Origin: Terriglobia bacterium
GTDB lineage: Bacteria; Acidobacteriota; Terriglobia; Terriglobales; SCQP01
Assembly: GCA_021323595.1 (NCBI GenBank)
Contig: JAJPKR010000031.1
Location: forward strand, 13,599-77,598
Direction of reading: 5' to 3'
DNA length: 64,000 bases
Every line of letters begins with the position of its first letter. Within the stretch, counting starts at the first letter, position 1. The position numbers and the translations under genes were made by a program. The notes under the pieces are model-generated. The model was not told the origin of the DNA. It worked only from the letters and a program-made list of their open reading frames with translations, and made no database searches. This document shows positions 26,592 to 35,585 of the stretch, piece after piece.

Positions 26592-29500
26592 CTAGAAGGT
26601 GAAATTGGCGCGCAACTGCACCTGACGCTGACCGCTCGTGGGCGCTCCGATGTGCCCAAAGCCCGTGCTCAGGAGCGAGCCGTTCGGCGTGCCCCACACA
26701 GGGTGGTTCCAGACATTCAGGAACTCCCCTTGCAGTTCCATGTGCAGACGCTCGGTTAGGGAGACTGCTTTAGTGAGCGACAGGTCTTGGTAGAACTGCC
26801 GGGGCCCGTGCAACCAGGGAATGAACCCGAGAATCCCCGCCATAGTATTGGGCACCAAATAACTAGCGTTGGCGCGGCCGCCGCTGGCGATGAACTTCGG
26901 GTCGATGCCGGTCGCGTAGGTCTGGCCCGGAACCGGCTGGGCGTCTACCGAGCTTTGCAGCGCGGAGGTCGAAGCACCGGTCAAAGTGATACCACCGTTG
27001 CCGTAGTCGTTGAATGTGTGATAGGCGCCGGTAAGCCGGAAGGGTGCACCGGTTTGGTAGGTGACGAAAGTTCCCACGGTCCAATCGCCGAGAGCCTTCG
27101 CGGCCAAGCCGTTGTTGTTGAGCCAGGTCTTGCCCGTGCCAAACGGCAGATCATAGGTGCCGTAAGCGTGAATGACGTGGTTGTGGTCAAAGAGCGCGGG
27201 ACCGTAGCTGTTGCGCAGATTGCGCATCGTGTAGAGGTTAAAAGAGCCAGTCCAGGAATTATCCGGCTGGATCCCCAGCGTGTGACTCCACGTGTAGTTC
27301 ACGTCAAACTGCATGCCGTGCCACTGCTTTTGTCGGAAGTCCACTTGGAGACCGTTGTAGTTGCCCGATCCGGCATCGGTGGTGTAGCCGGCGGTGCCCG
27401 GCCCCAGGTACGGAGGACCTTCGGTGCCGGCGCCAAACGGATTCGCCTGGAAGAAGTTCATCGGGTAGGCGCCTGCCACCCCGGCTCCGACATAGGGGAC
27501 GCAGGGGGAGAAATTGGCGCTGCCCACGAGCGCGCAAAGGAAGTTCGGGTTGTTGGCGAGGTTGCCGGCGGCATCGCCAACCTGGCCGTTCTTCAGGTAG
27601 CGGACAAAGGTACCATCGGTCGGGCTGACTCCCGCAGTCGTCAGGATCGGGAGATTTACCTGGCCAGCATAGCCGTTGTTGGCGAAGGAGTTGTTGATGC
27701 CGTTGGCAGCGTTGATGGCGAGGTTGTTCTGCGCCGCCTTGAACTCGTTCAAGAATCCGTTTTCGAAGACGTTCACCTCATTCGGATTCAGCGAGACCCA
27801 TTGATGGATCGTGTGATTGGCGACGTATCGGACTTCAATGACGTTGCTCTGGCCTAATTGACGCTGAATCCCGAAGGTGAATGACTGCACGTACGGCTGC
27901 CGAATGTTGGGATTGATGCCGGTTGCGCCGTACGGGCTATTGCTGAACGTCAGCTCGGACATCGGGACTGTCGTCTGAAATGACGGCGGGGTCAGCGCGT
28001 AGGGCGGGAAAGGATCGCCCAACGCCAGGCTGCCGGGGGCGAAGGTTCCGGGCGCCCCGCCCGTGGCTTGGTTGAGATTGAAGCTCTGGTAATAGTTGAA
28101 GCCGCCATCGGTGGCGTCGTTCCAAAATAACTGGTTGGGTTCAGTGTAGTAGCGCAAAGAATAGCCGCCGCGAATGACCGTGCTCCGGCCGCCGAACAGC
28201 GAACCCAACCAGCCATTCTCCAGATCCGGGTTCCACGCGAATCCGAACGCCGGCTGCGGGCTCTTGTTCCAAGGGTTGTACTGATGCTCGCGCGTGGTGA
28301 GGACGGGATCGGCAACGCCGTTGAGGACACCCGGTTTGAAGAGATCGCCGACCGCCGTAGGACCGTAGATGTTGGCCAGGCTGGCGCTCGTGTAAGCGCT
28401 GGTAAGGTCGTGATCGTCACCCGTGAAGTCCCAGCGCAAACCGTAGTTCAGCGTCAGGCTGGGCGTGACATGGTAGGAATCCTCGAAGAACAAGCCCCAG
28501 CCCTTTTGGAGCTCGTCCAGAGGATACGCTCCCGGCCCGGTAAGGTACTGGTGGGTCTTGGGGTCGAGTGCGTGCTGGCCGTTGACGTCGCCGATGCGGC
28601 CCACCAGCGTCGCGTAGAGGGCGCCAGCCTCGTCGCTGACGGCGCTGGAGGAATTGGCAAACTGCGGCGCGTTCGCGAAGGTGCTCGCCGCGGGATCCTG
28701 GGGCCCGAGGTAGAGATCAATATTCGGATACCCCAGCGGAGCGTTCCAATAGTGGTCTTGTTCGCGGTAGAACGAGATGCCGAAGTTGAACAGGTGGGCG
28801 CCGCGCTCCCAGCTTAGGGTATTCGTGAAATTTACCACCGGGTAATAGGTTGAGATCGGGGTTGGGAAGGTCTGGCCGCCATCGCCCAGCGCGTAAAAGA
28901 TCTGCGGTTGGGTGAGATAAAGGGGCGCGGCGTCGTAGGCGTACCAGGTGGCATCGTAGAGGAAACCGCCACGGAATTGATTGATCAGCGTCGGGCTAAT
29001 TGTATAGTCCACCCCTAATCCGGTTGTGTAGTTGGTGGAACGATTGGAGGCCGACCGATTGGCGAAGTTGGCGCCAGGAAAGGGCGGCGCACTTGCGTTC
29101 GGATTGGAACTCGTCGTTTCCAGGTAGTTGAAATCTAACCTGAGATTGGAAGAGACGTTGTAGTCGAGGCGCAGCGATGGGTAATAGCTGGTAGTCGGCG
29201 CTGGATTCAGCCACGACACTTGCGAAAGGTTGGGGTCGCCCGTCGGCGTGACCGAACCGGCCTTGACGGCATCATTCACCGCTTGGAGTTGGCTCGCGAT
29301 TTGGGAGTTGACCGTCGAGGGCAGCCCGTTGGGCTGGGCAATGTCGGTCAGGACGTTGACCGTATGCACAACCCCGCTATTGTCAGTGAAGGTGTAATTG
29401 CCCGCCTGCGCCGCCGGCGTCAGAAACGTGTTCGAGGTGGTAAAGGAACTGGGTTCGCGCGAGGTCGCGAAGCTGCCGAAGAAGAATAGCTTGTTGTGCA

Positions 29501-30413
29501 GGATGGGGCCACCGAATGTGCCGCCAAAATCATTGAGGATCAGGGTATTGCGCTTCAGGGAGGCAGCGTTGTTGAACCAGCTGTTGGCGTTCAACCCGGA
29601 GTTGCGGAAATCCTCGTACGCGGAGCCATGGAAGGCGTTGCTCCCGCGCTTGGTGACGTAGTTGACCTGCATGTTGGATTGGCCGTTGCCCTGCGCCAAT
29701 CCCAACTGATCGGTCTGCACCGTCATCTCCTGCATGTCTTCCAGGCGGGCCTGGACCGCGGGCCGGGCATTGCCGGCGAACTTCATCCGGCTTGAACTGG
29801 AGACGACGCCGTTGATGTTGTTTCCTTGCGCCGCTTCCGGCAACCCGTTCCAAGTGCCGTTATATCCGGGCACGACTTGCGCGAGCTGGCTGACGTCTCG
29901 TCCGTTGAGCGGCAGATCGTTCACCTGCTTCAGGTCGATCGTCGTGCCGATGGTGTTGGTCGTGGTTTCGACGATGGGCACGGCGCTGCCGCTGACCACC
30001 ACTTCCGAGGTCACCGCCCCAACCTTCAATTGGGCGCGGACGTCGGTCACGCGCGCCTCCTGCACGATCACCGAACCGAAGACCTGCTTTTGAAAGCCTT
30101 GCTTGACGACCGTGAGCGAGTAGGTCGCCGCGGGCAGGCCGACGAAGGTGTAGGTGCCGGCCGATTGCGTCGTGCCGGTGCGCACGGTGCCGGTGCCCAG
30201 ATCGGTCAAGGTGAGAGTCGCGCCACTCACGACGGCGCCCGAGGTATCCGTCACTAACACGGTGACGCCGCCCTGGGTGCCGGTCTGCGCCGACAGCGTC
30301 AATGCCAGCAGCGCCACGGCGGCCAGAACCGACAGCATCACTGCACCGGCGCGCGCCAAACGGCGGATGCGGGTGCCCGAATGGAGGGGGAAGCGATATG
30401 ATGGGGTGGTCAC
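26592..30413 (-). CDS. TonB-dependent outer-membrane receptor with N-terminal carboxypeptidase-regulatory-like domain
   Basis: CarboxypepD_reg-like GVTVLVTDTSGAVVSGATLTLTDLGTGTVRTGTTQSAGTYTFVGLPAATYSLTV, then a very long beta-rich body and the terminal ...VQLRANFTF. Start set to GTG 30413 (AGGAGA 7 nt upstream). The track's TTG 30470 lies only ~9 nt downstream of the predicted TSS, upstream of the operator that fills the leader, and has no SD. Confidence 0.85.
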   Translation of the reverse strand: MTTPSYRFPLHSGTRIRRLARAGAVMLSVLAAVALLALTLSAQTGTQGGVTVLVTDTSGAVVSGATLTLTDLGTGTVRTGTTQSAGTYTFVGLPAATYSLTVVKQGFQKQVFGSVIVQEARVTDVRAQLKVGAVTSEVVVSGSAVPIVETTTNTIGTTIDLKQVNDLPLNGRDVSQLAQVVPGYNGTWNGLPEAAQGNNINGVVSSSSRMKFAGNARPAVQARLEDMQEMTVQTDQLGLAQGNGQSNMQVNYVTKRGSNAFHGSAYEDFRNSGLNANSWFNNAASLKRNTLILNDFGGTFGGPILHNKLFFFGSFATSREPSSFTTSNTFLTPAAQAGNYTFTDNSGVVHTVNVLTDIAQPNGLPSTVNSQIASQLQAVNDAVKAGSVTPTGDPNLSQVSWLNPAPTTSYYPSLRLDYNVSSNLRLDFNYLETTSSNPNASAPPFPGANFANRSASNRSTNYTTGLGVDYTISPTLINQFRGGFLYDATWYAYDAAPLYLTQPQIFYALGDGGQTFPTPISTYYPVVNFTNTLSWERGAHLFNFGISFYREQDHYWNAPLGYPNIDLYLGPQDPAASTFANAPQFANSSSAVSDEAGALYATLVGRIGDVNGQHALDPKTHQYLTGPGAYPLDELQKGWGLFFEDSYHVTPSLTLNYGLRWDFTGDDHDLTSAYTSASLANIYGPTAVGDLFKPGVLNGVADPVLTTREHQYNPWNKSPQPAFGFAWNPDLENGWLGSLFGGRSTVIRGGYSLRYYTEPNQLFWNDATDGGFNYYQSFNLNQATGGAPGTFAPGSLALGDPFPPYALTPPSFQTTVPMSELTFSNSPYGATGINPNIRQPYVQSFTFGIQRQLGQSNVIEVRYVANHTIHQWVSLNPNEVNVFENGFLNEFKAAQNNLAINAANGINNSFANNGYAGQVNLPILTTAGVSPTDGTFVRYLKNGQVGDAAGNLANNPNFLCALVGSANFSPCVPYVGAGVAGAYPMNFFQANPFGAGTEGPPYLGPGTAGYTTDAGSGNYNGLQVDFRQKQWHGMQFDVNYTWSHTLGIQPDNSWTGSFNLYTMRNLRNSYGPALFDHNHVIHAYGTYDLPFGTGKTWLNNNGLAAKALGDWTVGTFVTYQTGAPFRLTGAYHTFNDYGNGGITLTGASTSALQSSVDAQPVPGQTYATGIDPKFIASGGRANASYLVPNTMAGILGFIPWLHGPRQFYQDLSLTKAVSLTERLHMELQGEFLNVWNHPVWGTPNGSLLSTGFGHIGAPTSGQRQVQLRANFTF

Positions 30414-30447
30414 GGCGAATTCTCCTGCGCCTTGTCGCTCGAATAAA

Positions 30448-30461
30448 CGCTTGCGCAAGCG
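30448..30461. promoter_or_regulatory. Perfect 14-bp palindrome CGCTTGCGCAAGCG; putative LacI-family operator in the TonB-receptor leader
   Basis: Lies between the predicted -10 (30486-30491) and GTG 30413. A further half-site GCGCAAGCGATT is at 30465-30476. Identical to 14274-14287. Confidence 0.6.
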
Positions 30462-30485
30462 GAGGCGCAAGCGATTTCCTCGGAT

Positions 30486-30513
30486 ATTGTATGCACCCGC
30501 AAACCAGAGTCAA
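30486..30513 (-). promoter_or_regulatory. Sigma70-like promoter of the TonB-receptor gene
   Basis: Minus strand reads TTGACT (30508-30513), 16-nt spacer, TACAAT (30486-30491). Confidence 0.5.
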
Positions 30514-30561
30514 GGGTTTTTTGTAGTTTTTTTGCCCTAGGCGTGGCGCAAAAATTCGCCC

Positions 30562-30589
30562 TTGACCTGCGGTCCGGCGGGACTAGAAT
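30562..30589 (+). promoter_or_regulatory. Sigma70-like promoter of the LacI-family gene / GH operon
   Basis: TTGACC (30562-30567), 16-nt spacer, TAGAAT (30584-30589). Confidence 0.5.
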
Positions 30590-30591
30590 GA

Positions 30592-30605
30592 CGTTTGCGC
30601 AAGCG
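30592..30605. promoter_or_regulatory. Near-palindromic operator CGTTTGCGCAAGCG overlapping the predicted lacI-family transcription start (autoregulation)
   Basis: One mismatch from the 14-bp palindrome. Begins 3 nt after the -10 hexamer. Confidence 0.5.
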
Positions 30606-30626
30606 ATTGCGCCGAGCCGCCCGTTC

Positions 30627-31643
30627 ATGATCCGCATGCGAGATGTCGCTCTCCGCGCCGGCGTCAGCGCCAGCACGGTGTCGCACGTGCTCAACGGCAC
30701 GCGCTTCGTCGAGCCGGCCACCGGCGAGCGCGTGCGCCGCGCGATCGAGGAACTGGGCTACCATCCCAGCCGCGCCGCGCGCGCGCTGGTCCGCGGCGCC
30801 AGCGACTTGCTGGGCCTGATCATCAGCGACATCACCAACCCCTTCTTCCCGGAATTGGTCAAGGTCTTCGAAGCCGCCGCGCTGGGCATGGGCTGCGAGA
30901 TTACGCTGGCCAACACCAACTACGATCCCAAGCGCACGGTGGCCTGCGTCGAGCGCATGCTGGCGGAGCGGGTTCGCGGCGTGGCGGTGATGACCTCGGA
31001 GATGGACGAAATGCTGATCGAGCGGCTGCGGCGGGCGCAGGTGCCGGTCGTCTATTTCGAGCGGGGCGAAGCCGACGCGTTCGCTTCGAACATCGTGGTG
31101 GACTATCAATCGGGCATTCGCGCGGCAGTCGAGCACCTCTGGGATTTGGGGCACCGCCGCCTGGGCTTCATCAGCGCCCCGCCGACGCTGCGCTCGACGC
31201 GGCAGCGGCGCGAGGTCTTCGAGCGGTCGCTGGCGCGGCTGGGAGGGCGGGCGCGGGTGGAGATCGGCGATATGCGGCAATCGGGCGGCCACGAGGCGGC
31301 GCGGCGCCTGCTCGCCGGCGCGGAACCGGTGACCGCCATCATGGCGTCCAACGATCTGATGGCCTTCGGCGCCCTGCAAGCGATCAACGGCGCCGGCCTG
31401 CGCGTGCCGGAGGAGGTTTCGCTGATCGGCTTCGACAACGTGATGTTTTCCGCCCTCACCCAGCCGCCGCTGACAACGGTCGAGTTATCGCGGCAACAAT
31501 TGGGTGAGCTGGCGGTGCAGGCGCTGCGCAACATCGCCGCGGCGCCCAGCCACCAAGGGCAGCAGTACAAGCTGCGGACGCGCTTGATCGTCCGCGAGTC
31601 CACCGCCGTGCCGGCGCGCCGGGCGCGCCGGGCCAGCTCCTAG
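30627..31643 (+). CDS. LacI-family transcriptional regulator
   Basis: HTH MRDVALRAGVSASTVSHVLNG at the N-terminus (ATG 30627), followed by a periplasmic-binding-protein-like sugar-binding domain. Confidence 0.9.
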   Translation: MIRMRDVALRAGVSASTVSHVLNGTRFVEPATGERVRRAIEELGYHPSRAARALVRGASDLLGLIISDITNPFFPELVKVFEAAALGMGCEITLANTNYDPKRTVACVERMLAERVRGVAVMTSEMDEMLIERLRRAQVPVVYFERGEADAFASNIVVDYQSGIRAAVEHLWDLGHRRLGFISAPPTLRSTRQRREVFERSLARLGGRARVEIGDMRQSGGHEAARRLLAGAEPVTAIMASNDLMAFGALQAINGAGLRVPEEVSLIGFDNVMFSALTQPPLTTVELSRQQLGELAVQALRNIAAAPSHQGQQYKLRTRLIVRESTAVPARRARRASS

Positions 31644-31686
31644 TCCGTTTCCGTAGGGTCCGCAGCAAGCCAGGAGGGTATCCACC

Positions 31687-33621
31687 ATGTCCCACGCCAA
31701 TCGCCGCCAGTTCCTTGCCACTCTTGCCGCCGGCGCCGCCGCCGTGCCGCTGGTCAAGACCCGGGTCTTCGGCCAAGACCCGGTTATGGACGCCGCCGCC
31801 GCCCATCGCGCCAACTACAAGGAGGCCGTCGCCTGGCGCGCGCAACCCTTCCCCATGGGACGGGTGCGGCTGGCACCGGGGGTGTTCCAGAAGAACATGG
31901 AGGCCAACCGCGAATACTTGCTGACGCTGCCCACCGACCGCCTGGCCCATATGTTCCGGGTCACCGCCGGCCTGCCCTCCTCGGCGCAGCCCTTCGGCGG
32001 CTGGGAAGCGCCGGACGTCGAGTTGCGCGGCCATTTCACCGGCGGGCACTATCTTTCCGCCTGCGCGCTGCAATATGCCGGCGCCGGCGACGACGAGGTC
32101 AAGCAGCGCGGCGAAGCGCTGGTGGCGGCGCTCGCCGAATGCCAAGCCAAGCATCCCGACGGGTATCTCAGCGCCTTTCCCGAAACCTTTTTCGACCGCC
32201 TGCGCGACGGCCAGCCGGTGTGGGCGCCCTTCTACACCATTCACAAGATCATGGCCGGGCACCTCGACATGTATGTCCACTGCGGCACGCAACAGGCGCT
32301 CGACACCTGCGAGAAGATGGCCGGCTGGGTGGCGCATTGGATCGAGCCGCTCAGCGACGCCCACGTGCAGCGGGTGCTCGAGACCGAATACGGAGGCATG
32401 GGCGAGGTGCTCTACAATCTCGCCGCCGTCACCGGCAAACGCCAATACATCTATCTCGGCCATCGCTTCGACAAGCGCGCCTTCTTCGATCCGCTCTTGG
32501 CGCATCGCGACGAACTCAAAGGCCTGCACGCCAACACGCATATCCCCCAAGTGATCGGCGCCGCCCGCGCCTACGAGCTGACCGGCAATCATGATTCGCG
32601 GCAGATCGCCGAGTATTTCTGGCGCGAGGTCGTGAGCGAGCGCACCTATTGCACCGGCGGCACCAGCAACGACGAGCACTGGGAAGGCGATCCCGGCCAC
32701 CTGCGCATCGGTCCCGCGAGCGAGGAGTGCTGCTGCGGCTACAACATGCTCAAGCTCACCCGCCATGTCTACGGCTGGTCGGGCGATCCGCGCATGATGG
32801 ACTACTACGAACGCACGCTTTTCAATAGCCGGCTGGGCACCCAGGAAACGCACGGGCTGAAGATGTATTACCTGCCGCTGGCCGCGGGATATTGGAAGAC
32901 GTTCAACACGCCGTTCAACTCGTTCTGGTGCTGCACCGGCACCGGCGCGGAAGAGTTCGCCAAATTCGCCGACACCATTTACTTCCACGACGATGACGGC
33001 CTCTACGTGAACTTGTTCCTCGCCTCCGATCTCGACTGGCCGGAAAAGGGGCTGCGGTTGCGGCAGCGGACGAACTTCCCCGACGAGCAGGGCACGACGC
33101 TGACGATCCGCGCCGAGCGGCCGACCCAGCTCGACATCAATCTGCGCATTCCTTACTGGGTAGCCGACGGCGGCGCGGTCAAGGTCAACGGCGAAACCCT
33201 GCCGGCGTTCGCCAGCCCGGGCAGCTATCTCACGCTGCGGCGGGCCTGGCATGACGGCGACCGTATCGAGCTGAAGCTGCCGATGGCGGCGCATGTGGAG
33301 TCGTTGCCGGGCGACGAGACCTTGCAGGCGTACATGTATGGCCCGATCGTTTTGGCCGGACAGATGGGCGACGAAGGCTTGACGGAGAAAATGATCTTCG
33401 GCGGCTACGGCCCGCGCGCGCGGCCGACGCCGCCGCCCGAGATCGCCGGCACGGAGGCCTTGGCGGCGCTCAAGCCGGGCAGCGGCGGGCCGTTCGATTT
33501 CCAGCTCTTCACCGCGGGGCACGGGCCGATGGCGATGATGCCGCTCAACCAGACCTTCAACCAGCGCTACGCCGTGTATTTCAAGCTGAACCGGCCCACG
33601 TTCTTCGGCCGCCGCGCCTGA
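31687..33621 (+). CDS. GH127 (DUF1680) beta-L-arabinofuranosidase-like glycoside hydrolase, Tat signal
   Basis: Tat RRQFLATLAAGAAAV. DUF1680-type segments GHFTGGHYLSA, WAPFYTIHKIMAG, EYGGMGEVLYNL and the Cys motif FWCCTGTGAEEF. AGGAGGG lies upstream of ATG 31687. Confidence 0.85.
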   Translation: MSHANRRQFLATLAAGAAAVPLVKTRVFGQDPVMDAAAAHRANYKEAVAWRAQPFPMGRVRLAPGVFQKNMEANREYLLTLPTDRLAHMFRVTAGLPSSAQPFGGWEAPDVELRGHFTGGHYLSACALQYAGAGDDEVKQRGEALVAALAECQAKHPDGYLSAFPETFFDRLRDGQPVWAPFYTIHKIMAGHLDMYVHCGTQQALDTCEKMAGWVAHWIEPLSDAHVQRVLETEYGGMGEVLYNLAAVTGKRQYIYLGHRFDKRAFFDPLLAHRDELKGLHANTHIPQVIGAARAYELTGNHDSRQIAEYFWREVVSERTYCTGGTSNDEHWEGDPGHLRIGPASEECCCGYNMLKLTRHVYGWSGDPRMMDYYERTLFNSRLGTQETHGLKMYYLPLAAGYWKTFNTPFNSFWCCTGTGAEEFAKFADTIYFHDDDGLYVNLFLASDLDWPEKGLRLRQRTNFPDEQGTTLTIRAERPTQLDINLRIPYWVADGGAVKVNGETLPAFASPGSYLTLRRAWHDGDRIELKLPMAAHVESLPGDETLQAYMYGPIVLAGQMGDEGLTEKMIFGGYGPRARPTPPPEIAGTEALAALKPGSGGPFDFQLFTAGHGPMAMMPLNQTFNQRYAVYFKLNRPTFFGRRA

Positions 33622-33741
33622 AGATCCGGTCGCCGCAGCCGACCCGGACGATGGGAGCCTGGCGCGCACGCCCGCGACGAGCGGCGCGCCGCAGCTCGCG
33701 ATTGCGCGGTGTGCGCGCCGCCGAGCCAAAAGGAGAGCGGG

Positions 33742-35538
33742 ATGGAGGAGTTGACCAGACGCGATTTGCTGAAGGCAGCGGCGGCGACCGGCGCCGGCGC
33801 ATGGTTGGAGGCCGCGACGCCGGCCGCGGCGCGGACGCTCCAAGCCGGGGCGGGCGCGCAGATCGTGCCGCTCAACTCGACCAGCGACGTCTATATTCCG
33901 CCGCGCGGCCGCTCGTTCCTGAAATTCAGCTTCGACTTTCCGGAGCCATCGGTCCGCTTCGCCGATCTGCTGTTTTCGTTTCGGCTCTACACCTTCGAGA
34001 ATGTTTACGCGCTCGATCCCACGGCGATGGAGTGGAGCGATCACGGCGACCGCGGCGAGTTGGCGTGCCGCCGCCTGACTTGGGCGGGCGGGCAGGCGCC
34101 GGCGGCGGGGCGGCTGGAGGCGCATTTTCAGCGCACCGCAAACGGCGTCGAGTGGCGAGCCGAGGCGCGCATGGAGGGCTCGCGGCTGGCGCTGAAGGCG
34201 ATCTCCGCGATCGTGCGCGGCGTGCCGCGGGGGAAGATTTCGCCGGGCGGCGGCGGCTTCTTCGAGCCGCGCAACAACGAACTGCTGTTCGGCTATCCGT
34301 TCGGCGGCGACTCGCTATTCTTGGCCGGCGGCATGAATACGCCACTGGTCGTGATCGAAACGCCCGCGGGCGGCTACTTCGCGCTGGGCGCGCGCGATCA
34401 GGGCGTGCATGCCCATCGGTTTTACTTGCAGCCCGGCGACCAGGGCTATCGCGCCGAGCTGACCTACGAATCCGCGGGATGGCGGCGCAGCGCCGCGATC
34501 GCCTCGCCCGCGTGGCGCGCCGAGCGGGCGACGACGCTCGACGCCGCCTTCCGCCCGCACTTCGCCCACGTCGAGCAGGCGTTCGGCCTGCCCGATTGGG
34601 AGACGCGCGGGGACGTTCCCGACTGGCTGCGCCGCACGGCGCTGGTGATCGCGCTGCACGGCATGCATTGGACGGGGTATATCTTCAACGACTTCGCGCG
34701 CATGCGCCGCATCTTGGAATGGGTGGCGACGCAGATTCCCGGCGATCGCGTTCTCGTCTTCCTGCCCGCCTGGGATGGACGTTATTACTGGAATTATCCG
34801 CTCTACGAGCCCGACCCGCGGCTGGGCGGCGCCGCCGGGTTCAAGACGCTGATTGCCGCCGGCCACCGCCTGGGATTCCACTTCATGCCGATGTTCGGCT
34901 CCGACGCCGCCAACGACCATCTGCCCACGCGCGAGCGCCTGGCCGATGCACGCACGGTGCTAACCGACGGCGATCCCTTTCGCTTGAACTGGGTGGACTG
35001 GGACAACGACCGCCGCAACGAGGGCTGGTCGCCGTTCATGAACCTGGGCGTAGCCAGTTGGCGCGAATGGCTGACCGGGCGCATCGCCGCCACGGTGGCC
35101 GATTACGATGCCGACGCTTACTTTCTCGACATCGCCGGCGGCTGGGTGAACAACACGCAGGGAGACATGTTCGAAGGCGAACGGCAATTGGTCGCCGAGC
35201 TGCGCCGCCGCTTTCCACACGTTCTCGCGTGCGGCGAAATGTCTTACGATGCGCTGCTCGGCTCGATTCCGCTATTTCAGGTTTTCTCGGAACGCGGCTA
35301 CCCAGCGGCGTTCAAGAAGTATGCCCGCGCCTTCCAGCACTTGAGCCATCCCGCGCCCGGCCGCGGCAGCAGCGGCGTACACGAGTCCGGCTTTGGCCGG
35401 TTCAACCCCGCGACGCTCGATCTCGATCCCGAGGAGATCCCGACTATCACCGTGGTGGACGACACGTTCGATAACCACCGCGACATCATGGCCGCGATTA
35501 TTGTTGCCGCCAAGAAGCGCGCCGGCATCGCCAGTTGA
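33742..35538 (+). CDS. Tat-exported hypothetical protein, possibly a TIM-barrel glycoside hydrolase of unrecognised family
   Basis: AAGGAG upstream of ATG 33742; Tat signal RRDLLKAAAATGAGAWL. The C-terminal half alternates beta/alpha-like segments with acidic motifs (AYFLDIAGGW, LACGEMSYD). I recognise no named family. Confidence 0.6.
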   Translation: MEELTRRDLLKAAAATGAGAWLEAATPAAARTLQAGAGAQIVPLNSTSDVYIPPRGRSFLKFSFDFPEPSVRFADLLFSFRLYTFENVYALDPTAMEWSDHGDRGELACRRLTWAGGQAPAAGRLEAHFQRTANGVEWRAEARMEGSRLALKAISAIVRGVPRGKISPGGGGFFEPRNNELLFGYPFGGDSLFLAGGMNTPLVVIETPAGGYFALGARDQGVHAHRFYLQPGDQGYRAELTYESAGWRRSAAIASPAWRAERATTLDAAFRPHFAHVEQAFGLPDWETRGDVPDWLRRTALVIALHGMHWTGYIFNDFARMRRILEWVATQIPGDRVLVFLPAWDGRYYWNYPLYEPDPRLGGAAGFKTLIAAGHRLGFHFMPMFGSDAANDHLPTRERLADARTVLTDGDPFRLNWVDWDNDRRNEGWSPFMNLGVASWREWLTGRIAATVADYDADAYFLDIAGGWVNNTQGDMFEGERQLVAELRRRFPHVLACGEMSYDALLGSIPLFQVFSERGYPAAFKKYARAFQHLSHPAPGRGSSGVHESGFGRFNPATLDLDPEEIPTITVVDDTFDNHRDIMAAIIVAAKKRAGIAS

Positions 35539-35585
35539 TGCGCGCGCGGCCAGCCTTCGCCGGTGCGCGTTGAGGCCGCTGATCC

